The notes under the pieces are model-generated. The model did no database searches, was not told the origin of the DNA, and saw only the letters and a program-made list of their open reading frames with translations. The position numbers were made by a program, and so were the translations under genes. Source: Chlamydiia bacterium (lineage in GTDB: Bacteria > Chlamydiota > Chlamydiia > Chlamydiales > JBMOFD01). From it: a DNA stretch of 23,644 nucleotides. Below are positions 16,583 to 23,644 of the stretch, piece by piece. Position 1 is the first letter of the stretch. Each line of letters opens with the position of its first letter. The stretch is from positions 1 to 23,644 of the forward strand of contig JBMOFD010000026.1 of NCBI GenBank assembly GCA_049314435.1. Reading direction: 5' to 3'.

Positions 16583-17644
16583 ATGACCCTCAAGCGCATC
16601 ATCGCCCTGTTTTGTCTGCTGGGAAGGCTTTATGGGGATGGGTTCCACCCCGAGGAGCTCATACTGACTCCTGGTGGCTACGTCACCGCGGAGACGCTGA
16701 AGCCCGGCTATTCCGTTCTGGGTGTAGACCCGGAGACTGGTTTCTTGGAGCCGTGTACTGTCTCCGCTCTATTCATTCATCACGATTGGCCGGCTGTGCA
16801 GTTGCATCTAGACCTCGGCCCAATACGATGTGCAGAGAACCAACTCTTCCTAAAATCGGATGGGGACTGGGTCTTTGCCAGCGAGCTAGTTGCCGGTGAC
16901 CAACTGCTGTGCGAGGATGGGAGGATTGATGTAGTAGCCGGGCTGAGCTTTGAAGCTCTCCCCATCGACGCAATCGGCCTCATGGTTGAACCACATCATA
17001 CGTTGTGTGTAGGTAGCCAGGGAGTAGTGGCTCACAATTTTCTTCCCCTGATCGCCGTTCCATTGATTACCTGGACAATTGGGGCTGAGGTCACGTTCCT
17101 AACCTTGAGCACACTTGGTATTGCTGCAGCTACAGCTGCTACCTATTGGGGTCTCTCCAAGGCTAGCTATGCGCTCAACAGTCGCTGGGAGCCCACTCCT
17201 GGCTACTTCGACACCTATATGCGGAACGGTTTTGATGACTACGGCTCAGGCTCTTCCTCAGGGGGGCGAGGACCTTCAGACGCTCCCAAAAAATCCGACC
17301 CTTCTGAGCCGCCTACTCCCCGGCGTCCGACGCCAGTCGGTGGCCGACCGCCCAATCAATACGACAAGGACTCGAGGCACGGGAGCCAACAACGCGGACC
17401 CATTAGCCCGGCTCCCAAGGACGGGCAAACTGCTTTGGATCGAGCCGATGCAGACCCGCTCCATCCGATGAGTAACAAGCTCACGGGATATAGCAGTGGG
17501 CAATTTGTGGGGTTCCGGATGACGTCACCGGGTCTATATCATGGATTCGTCATCCCTTGGAAGGAGGTCCCGTTTCAACTTAGGGAAGACTGGAAGGCCG
17601 CCGGGATCGTTACAGCAGGCGGGCGCCTGCTCGATCCCAGCTAG
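16583..17644 (+). CDS. Secreted polymorphic toxin: signal peptide + Hint domain + hydrophobic segment + linker + C-terminal putative RNase
   Basis: Signal peptide aa1-18. Hint-like GFHPEELILTPGG...ETLKPGYSV, WVFASELVAGDQL and VEPHHTLCVGSQGVVAHN (aa20-152). Hydrophobic aa153-191 and G/S/P linker. C-terminal Y....RHG...ISPAPKDGQTALD...FV.F...YHG...W...AG.V...G pattern seen in CdiA/Rhs toxin tips. Confidence 0.8.
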   Translation: MTLKRIIALFCLLGRLYGDGFHPEELILTPGGYVTAETLKPGYSVLGVDPETGFLEPCTVSALFIHHDWPAVQLHLDLGPIRCAENQLFLKSDGDWVFASELVAGDQLLCEDGRIDVVAGLSFEALPIDAIGLMVEPHHTLCVGSQGVVAHNFLPLIAVPLITWTIGAEVTFLTLSTLGIAAATAATYWGLSKASYALNSRWEPTPGYFDTYMRNGFDDYGSGSSSGGRGPSDAPKKSDPSEPPTPRRPTPVGGRPPNQYDKDSRHGSQQRGPISPAPKDGQTALDRADADPLHPMSNKLTGYSSGQFVGFRMTSPGLYHGFVIPWKEVPFQLREDWKAAGIVTAGGRLLDPS

Positions 17645-17658
17645 TGGAGGACTGAGTA

Positions 17659-18300
17659 GTGATAGATCTATCAGCAGAGGAGCTTATCTTCCCATTGGGG
17701 GAGACCGGCGATTGCATGATTTGGCAGTGGGAGGGGCCTTTCGGAGAGCTTATGCCCTGGTATCACATGAGTGTTACTCTCAAGGACGTAACGAATGGAA
17801 GAGAATTTGTAATCTACCCAACGACGCCTTGTGAGTCATTCTCTGGTGACTTCATATTGGATTTAAATACCCTTCTGGAAGGGGTGGACCCTCTATGGCG
17901 GCACGTTGATTCCGATCCGGGAAGGCTCTATTGCCTAGCATTAATGGGACTGATTGGCGGAGGACATCCGAAACGATGGAAATGGCTCTCAGGGGCATGC
18001 CAGGTAGGGTATTTGAATGTCGGCTGCCCGAGCAGTCCTACTGGAGCGATTTCCGCATGGCTATATCCTGAAGATGGGGCGTACACCTTCTCGATTACTA
18101 CAACGATCATACCACTGTGCTATCCAGACCTTAGTGACGAAGAGGCGCTGGTTGAGAGCGTGAAGTGCTACGCCAAACGCTATGAGGTGCTCTACCGGCA
18201 GCGGTTGACCCGAGCTGTGCTTGAGCAGTGGCGCGAACAAGTTCGCGCCTTCTTAAAGCACATTTTTGCTCAGGGAGAATACCAGTTGGACGTCCCCTAA
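17659..18300 (+). CDS. Putative cognate immunity protein
   Basis: Starts 14 nt after the toxin stop with a GGAGG SD. It is a 213-aa soluble protein with an acidic N-terminal half and no signal peptide. Function is inferred from position only. Confidence 0.65.
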   Translation: MIDLSAEELIFPLGETGDCMIWQWEGPFGELMPWYHMSVTLKDVTNGREFVIYPTTPCESFSGDFILDLNTLLEGVDPLWRHVDSDPGRLYCLALMGLIGGGHPKRWKWLSGACQVGYLNVGCPSSPTGAISAWLYPEDGAYTFSITTTIIPLCYPDLSDEEALVESVKCYAKRYEVLYRQRLTRAVLEQWREQVRAFLKHIFAQGEYQLDVP

Positions 18301-18308
18301 ACGGGACG
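18291..18308. terminator. Possible short terminator-like hairpin between convergent genes
   Basis: CGTCCC-ctaaac-GGGACG spanning the stop codon. No strong U-tract. Confidence 0.25.
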
Positions 18309-18372
18309 AGACTTTGGGAGTGGACTATAGAATTGCAGCATCGCTGCCAAAACTGTTGAGCGAAAGACGCTC

Positions 18373-20730
18373 TCAGTCTGTTGTGCAAGTCTTCGTTTGA
18401 GGTGGCTCTCGGTCTAGGACTTCCACTAGATCAGGCAGAGGAGCATGACGCATCTCTCTCAGTGTCGGCCACAAGTCTGGCCTTGCCACCAGCTTGGCAA
18501 ACAGAATGGGATCTTGAACGAGTTGGAGCTGAGCGCCTCTCTTCACCGATGAGAGGTACTGATACCAGACGTCACGATGACCCGGATGATTCAGATAGGC
18601 CTGTATATGCGGACATGTAAACAGCGCGGGCACGGCTTCCAAATCCCCGGCTCCAGGGTGGATCGTACTGGTCCATGTCCATAGACTTGAACCAGTTGCC
18701 CAGTGTTCGACCATCCCTGGACAATCAAGAAGATGCACTTGAAACAGACTCATGTCCACGAGCTCCTGCCACACATCGTCCTGATACTTCCCACGCGGTA
18801 CTGCACCCACCACGTTGACGTTGTTTCCGAAGGAGATGCGCAGGAGTCGGTCCATATGCCTACGCGGCATCATCGCAATCCGATCCAGGATCCCAGGCGT
18901 TGCTAACGACCTACGAACTGAGTGGTCTCCGTGGGCGGCCGGCACAAGCTCTGCAAATGGAGGCCGCTCCATTTGCCCATTTAAGAGCATGGGTATGAGT
19001 CCAGGTGCCGCGAGAATCGTGATCATCAGCATGAGGCCATCCTGTCCCATTCTACGCATTCCTGGTGCTGACAAGGCCCAACTGCACTCCTCAAGCAACT
19101 TCCAGGCTCGTGGGTCCTCTATACACGCATCCAGTAGCTCCGGACCCGTGATCATGAGGGGAAGCATGCCCCAACACTGGAAACAGTCCATAAAGTGGTC
19201 CCAATGGTCGGGATGCTCAATCAAGGTCCTAGCCAGTGGAGGCGTTTGCAGCATCAACGCTTGAAACTGAGGAGAAGGATGTGCTCCTCCCATGGGATCC
19301 GGCAGGGTAGCTGCTAGGATTTTCCTGAGCGGTGATGATTCCGACAGGACCCGCGATGCGACGTCCTGGAGCAGGGCTTCCAAGACTTCGGCCTTCAAGA
19401 CCGCCTTCAGGTCTAGTTCACTACCCAGATGATCCTGTGCATGCTGTCGAATCGTGTTCCACATAGGGGCCCAAGCCCCTCGTAGGATCGCATGCCACTC
19501 CTCTGAGTTGGTGAACCAAGCCTTCAGGAGATCGATCTGCCCGGTAATAGGCATGGTTCCCCCCAATAGAGCGGTCAAGAGCTCTATTTCCAAAGCTGGC
19601 AACCCCATCTGTTGCGTCGCGAGGTGCGGGGCGCCTGCCGGCACCACCACAAGACTCAACGTGTTAAGCCGGATCTTGAGATGGTCCTTCCCTAGTTGGT
19701 CCAGCTCTTCACGGAACCAATCTCGCAAAAAGAGAGCCTGCAGAACCTGACGTTGACCCTCTCCAGGCAAGGCGAGATCGTGCTGACCTACACAAGCCAG
19801 CAAAGAGTCTGGGCAACGCAATAATGGCCGACCCAGCTCGATCGCGTCCCCAAGTATCCGCCGTTGCCTACGTGAACCATAGACGTCTTCCGCTAGGTAC
19901 TTGAGGAGCATTCGCCCGGGGATGCTAGACGCGCTGATCTCCTCAGCAGGCCGCCGCGGCACCATAGGGCAGAGCTGTGCCGCCATGGTAAGAAGAGACT
20001 CGGCCAGATGAGAGATGGGCAGACAAGTTGGAAATGGCTCAGACGGCAACAAACTCTCGATCTCGTCTCGTAGATTCATCTTGGGTTGTGTAGAAGCATG
20101 GCTCCCAGCTGGCTCATTGCTCTCCGCAACTTCCAAGCGGTATCGCAACAAGGTCTGCCAGACGGTCCGATCTGGAAGACGAAGATCTTTCCACACCCTT
20201 TCCTGGACACCAAGGCGATCCCTCCGGCACATCGGCTTGCGTAGCAGCGGACAGCCAAAATAGAGATGTGCCAACCGATGGGCACGCCGAACCAAGACCT
20301 CGTTGGATTCCCCTTTGGTTCTCTCTGCGCCCGGTCTAGATTTGGGCGGAAGAACCAGACAGGCATATCGGAGAGCAGGATGCAAACTGGGCCCCACTCG
20401 ATCTGCCTCACGAGGCAGCTGCATGCGGGACTCGAAGATCGAGGCCAGACACCTGAACCATCCAGATTGTCTCTGCTCATCTGGAGCCGTAGGGCACTGC
20501 TTTCCCCCAAGAAAGAGCGCTTTGCCGAGCAACTGGAGCTCTGCCCAACCAAGAAATGGCGCAATCATCTCCTTGAAAAGGTGAAAACGACTGACGTTCT
20601 GAAGGTTGGGAAGAGCCTCCCACACACCGGAAAACTCTCTAACCTCGGGATCGTTGTCATGACTCCCCCCGTCGGCCCTTTGAAGGGCACTCGACGAAAA
20701 GCTCGGATGAGAACCATAGATAGACAGCAT
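18373..20730 (-). CDS. Hypothetical 785-aa protein, paralogue B (candidate T3SS effector)
   Basis: Long ORF, colinear with and highly similar to 20835-23195 over its full length. Ser-rich N-terminus. Confidence 0.88.
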   Translation of the reverse strand: MLSIYGSHPSFSSSALQRADGGSHDNDPEVREFSGVWEALPNLQNVSRFHLFKEMIAPFLGWAELQLLGKALFLGGKQCPTAPDEQRQSGWFRCLASIFESRMQLPREADRVGPSLHPALRYACLVLPPKSRPGAERTKGESNEVLVRRAHRLAHLYFGCPLLRKPMCRRDRLGVQERVWKDLRLPDRTVWQTLLRYRLEVAESNEPAGSHASTQPKMNLRDEIESLLPSEPFPTCLPISHLAESLLTMAAQLCPMVPRRPAEEISASSIPGRMLLKYLAEDVYGSRRQRRILGDAIELGRPLLRCPDSLLACVGQHDLALPGEGQRQVLQALFLRDWFREELDQLGKDHLKIRLNTLSLVVVPAGAPHLATQQMGLPALEIELLTALLGGTMPITGQIDLLKAWFTNSEEWHAILRGAWAPMWNTIRQHAQDHLGSELDLKAVLKAEVLEALLQDVASRVLSESSPLRKILAATLPDPMGGAHPSPQFQALMLQTPPLARTLIEHPDHWDHFMDCFQCWGMLPLMITGPELLDACIEDPRAWKLLEECSWALSAPGMRRMGQDGLMLMITILAAPGLIPMLLNGQMERPPFAELVPAAHGDHSVRRSLATPGILDRIAMMPRRHMDRLLRISFGNNVNVVGAVPRGKYQDDVWQELVDMSLFQVHLLDCPGMVEHWATGSSLWTWTSTIHPGAGDLEAVPALFTCPHIQAYLNHPGHRDVWYQYLSSVKRGAQLQLVQDPILFAKLVARPDLWPTLREMRHAPLPDLVEVLDREPPQTKTCTTD

Positions 20731-20790
20731 GACACACCAACGATGAGAGCCTCTAGGTGCAGAGACAAGAGAGGACCTTTGATCTAGATC

Positions 20791-20812
20791 CTAGAGGCTG
20801 AGTAGCTTAGCA
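20791..20812 (-). promoter_or_regulatory. Conserved upstream motif with extended -10 (TG-C-TAAGCT) for paralogue B
   Basis: 21/22 identical to 23268-23289. The same core lies upstream of paralogue A at a similar distance from the start. Confidence 0.5.
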
Positions 20813-20834
20813 CCCGTTCGGCAAAGAAGCACTC

Positions 20835-23195
20835 TCAGTCTATTGCGCAACCTTTCGTTTGAAAAAGATCCCGGTCAAGGACTTCCACTAGATCAGACAA
20901 CTGAGCATGATGCATCTGTCTCAGGACTGGCCACAAGTCTGGCTTTGCCACCAGCTTGGCAAAGAGAGCTGGATCTTGAACGAGTTGGAGTTGAGCGCCT
21001 CTCTTCGCCGACGAGAGGTACTGATACCAAACGCCACGCTGACCCGGGTGATTCAGATAGGCCTGTACATGAGGATAGGTAAACATCGTGAGCTGGGCTT
21101 TCAAATCCCTGGCTCCAGGGTGGATCGTACTGGTCCATGTCCACAGACTTGAGTCAGTTGCCCAGTGTTCGATCATCCCTGGACAATGAAGAAGATTCAC
21201 TTGAAACAGGGGCATGTTCACGATCTCCTGCCATACATCTTCTTGATATTTTCTACTCTCTACTGCGCCCTCCACGTGGACGTTGTTTGCGAGGAAGATG
21301 CGTCGGAGTCTGTCTGTACTCCTATGCGGCATCATCGCAATCCGGTCCAAGATCCCAGGCGCTGCTAACGATCTACGAACAGCGTAGTTTCCCTGGGCAG
21401 CTAGCACCAATCCTGCAAAAGGGGGCCGCTCGATTTGCCCATCCAAGAGCATGGGTATGAGTCCACCGGCGCCGAGAATAGCAGCCATCAGTGTTGGATC
21501 ATCCAATCCCATTCCATGCGTTCCTGGCATGGCCAAGGACCAGCTGCACTCCTCAAGCAACTTCCAGGCTCGTGGATCACGTATACACGCGTCCAGTAGC
21601 TCCGGACCCGCGGACATGAGAGTAACTATCTCCCAACATTGGAAACAGTCCATGAAGTGGTCCCAGTGATCGGGATGCTCAATCAAGGTCCTAGCCAGTG
21701 GAGGCTCTTGCAGCATCAACGCTTGACACTGGGGAGAGGTCTCTATTCCTCCCATGGGATCCGGTAGAGTAGCTGCTAGGATTTTCATGAGCGATGAGGA
21801 CTCTCCCTGACGGGACGGCACATCATGCAGTAGGGCTTCCAGGACCTCTGCCGTTAAAATTGCCCTTAGTGCTGGTTCACTGCCTGGATGCTCCCGTATA
21901 TGCTGCCGAATGGTAGTGCACATGGTCCCCCAAGCCCCTCGTGCGATCGTACGCCACTCTGCCGAGTTGGTGAACCAAGCCTTCAGCAGATCGGTCTCCC
22001 CCCTTTTCACAGGCATGATTCCAGCGAGTAGAGTCGTGAGTAGTTCCGTCTCCAAAGCCGGCAGCCCCACCTGTTGCGTCGCGAGGTGCGGGGCGCCGGC
22101 AAGCACCTCTACAAGATTCAACGTATCCAACCGGATTTTGAGATGATCCTTCCCTCGTTGACTCAACTCTTCGCGGAACCAATCCCGCAAGATGAGAGCC
22201 TGCAGAACCTGACGTGGCCCCTCTCCAAGCCAAGCCAGATCGTGCTGACCTATACAAGCCAGCAAGGAGTCTGGTCGAAGCAATAATGACCGACTCAGCT
22301 CCATCGCGACTCCAATCATCCGCCATTGCCTGTGCGTATTAAAGAAGTCTTCCGCTAGGTAACTGAGGAGCATTTGCCCAGGGATGCTAGATCCCTTGAG
22401 CTCCTCAGCAGGCCGCCGTGGCACCAAAGGACAGAGCTGCGTAGCCATGGTAAGAAGAGACTCGGCCAGATGAGAAAGTTGCAGATGAGGCGGATGGGGC
22501 TCGGACGGCCACAGACTCTCGATCTCGTCTCGTAGATTCATCATGGGTTGTGTAGAAGCCTGGCCCCCAGCTGACTCGTTGCTCTCCGCATATTCCAAGC
22601 GATACCGCAACAAGGTCTGCCGTACTGTCTGATCCGGAAGACGAAGACTGCTCCACACCTCTTCATGAACACTGTAGGAATCCCGCCGGCACGTCGGCTG
22701 GCGTAAGAGTGGACATCCAAAATAGAGGTGCGCCAATCGATGGGTACGCCGAACTAGGACCTCGTTGGATTCCCCTGTTCTTCTCTCTGCGCCTGGTCTA
22801 GATTTTGGTAGAAGAACTAGGCAGGCATACCGCAAGACAGGATGTAAACTGGGCCCCACTCGATGCGACTCACGAGGCAGCTGCATACGGGACTCGAAGA
22901 TCGAGGCTAGACACCTAAACCATCCGGATCGTCTGCGCTCATCTGGAGCGGAAGGGCGGATCTCCCCCCCAAGAAAGAGCGCTTTGCCCATCAGCTGAAG
23001 CTCTGCCCAACCAAGCATTGGCGCAATCATCTCCTTAAAGAGGTGGAAACGGCTGATGTTTTGGCCGAAGGCGGGGAGATCCTCCCACACGGCGGAAAAC
23101 TCTCTCACCTCGGGGTCATTGCAGTGAGCTCGTCCGTCGGACCTTGGCAGATAACTCGACGAACAGCTCGGATGAGAACCATAGACAGACTGCAC
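20835..23195 (-). CDS. Hypothetical 786-aa protein, paralogue C (candidate T3SS effector)
   Basis: Long ORF with a GTG start. Tandem duplicate of paralogue B, including flanking sequence. Confidence 0.88.
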   Translation of the reverse strand: MQSVYGSHPSCSSSYLPRSDGRAHCNDPEVREFSAVWEDLPAFGQNISRFHLFKEMIAPMLGWAELQLMGKALFLGGEIRPSAPDERRRSGWFRCLASIFESRMQLPRESHRVGPSLHPVLRYACLVLLPKSRPGAERRTGESNEVLVRRTHRLAHLYFGCPLLRQPTCRRDSYSVHEEVWSSLRLPDQTVRQTLLRYRLEYAESNESAGGQASTQPMMNLRDEIESLWPSEPHPPHLQLSHLAESLLTMATQLCPLVPRRPAEELKGSSIPGQMLLSYLAEDFFNTHRQWRMIGVAMELSRSLLLRPDSLLACIGQHDLAWLGEGPRQVLQALILRDWFREELSQRGKDHLKIRLDTLNLVEVLAGAPHLATQQVGLPALETELLTTLLAGIMPVKRGETDLLKAWFTNSAEWRTIARGAWGTMCTTIRQHIREHPGSEPALRAILTAEVLEALLHDVPSRQGESSSLMKILAATLPDPMGGIETSPQCQALMLQEPPLARTLIEHPDHWDHFMDCFQCWEIVTLMSAGPELLDACIRDPRAWKLLEECSWSLAMPGTHGMGLDDPTLMAAILGAGGLIPMLLDGQIERPPFAGLVLAAQGNYAVRRSLAAPGILDRIAMMPHRSTDRLRRIFLANNVHVEGAVESRKYQEDVWQEIVNMPLFQVNLLHCPGMIEHWATDSSLWTWTSTIHPGARDLKAQLTMFTYPHVQAYLNHPGQRGVWYQYLSSAKRGAQLQLVQDPALFAKLVAKPDLWPVLRQMHHAQLSDLVEVLDRDLFQTKGCAID

Positions 23196-23267
23196 GACAC
23201 ACCTAGGATGAGGGCCTCTCCCTAGGTGCAGAGGCGAAAAAACAAGAGCGGATCTTTGACCCAGAAC

Positions 23268-23289
23268 CTAGAGGATGAGTAGCTTAGCA
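23268..23289 (-). promoter_or_regulatory. Conserved upstream motif with extended -10 for paralogue C
   Basis: CTAGAGGATGAGTAGCTTAGCA, 21/22 identical to 20791-20812. Confidence 0.5.
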
Positions 23290-23644
23290 TCCCACTAGGA
23301 AATTCCTCTAAGCCTGATCAGTGCCCGTGTTGCAACACGACCGCGGAGCAACCGGCAAACCACTTGTTCCATCAGCTGTAGGCTGAATCAGTTGTAGAAG
23401 AGGCTCTGATGGTCTAACATGGCCGCACACGATACCCTGCGACCTACTGACTCTTGTTTTCCATGTTCGTAAGACCCTACCCCAATCATACGATTCCAGA
23501 GATGTACCAAGGCCTGTGCCATGAGGACCCTGAGGTGTTCTTTCTAGGGGAATTTCACGAGGACATTGCCGAGCACAACCAGTTCGGAACCCAAGACAGA
23601 AAGGCAAATGCCATCTTGATCGAAGCCCTCTATCAGGAGGGCGA

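Noticed and set aside
16640..17041. Canonical protein-splicing intein
   Set aside because: No Cys/Ser at position 1, no block-B His, Phe at +1, no homing endonuclease and no conserved host protein.
16215..18667. Diversity-generating retroelement TR/VR pair
   Set aside because: The mismatches inspected between the copies are not adenine-specific, and there is no reverse transcriptase in the window.
18381..22998. Mutually similar + strand ORFs (e.g. 18381-18620 and 20843-21082)
   Set aside because: They are antisense shadows of the duplicated paralogues B and C; the similarity is explained by DNA duplication.
23308..23644. CDS at the right edge
   Set aside because: Two minus-strand frames are open off the edge (stops at 23308 and 23544) with no recognisable motif. 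I cannot decide without more sequence.
1..23644. CRISPR array, tRNA or rRNA genes
   Set aside because: No regularly spaced short repeats or recognisable tRNA/rRNA motifs were seen by eye.

Overview
This window looks like chromosomal DNA from a GC-rich member of the Chlamydiae. The assignment is inferred from the CT296-like/rnc/radA/short hemC synteny and the hemE-hemN-hemY cluster. The left end has a frameshifted IS30-family transposase that appears to be cut off by an IS982-like terminus. The core genes are hemD, hemC, radA, rnc, a CT296-like gene, hemY/G, hemN, hemE and tkt, with small orphan secreted or membrane genes interspersed. The right half is an array of three ~780-aa paralogues of unknown function plus a 3' remnant of a fourth. 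They have Ser-rich N-termini, a possible F-box-like motif and degenerate helical repeats, and are candidate T3SS effectors. Inside the array, on the opposite strand, is a two-gene polymorphic-toxin cassette: signal peptide + atypical Hint domain (Gly in place of Cys1, ending HN|F) + hydrophobic segment + CdiA-CT-like putative RNase, followed by a probable immunity gene. In three places an accessory gene is bracketed by diverged direct repeats of neighbouring sequence (the rnc 3' end, the tkt upstream region and a paralogue 3' end), with no integrase in view. All family assignments come from motif recognition only; no searches were run.
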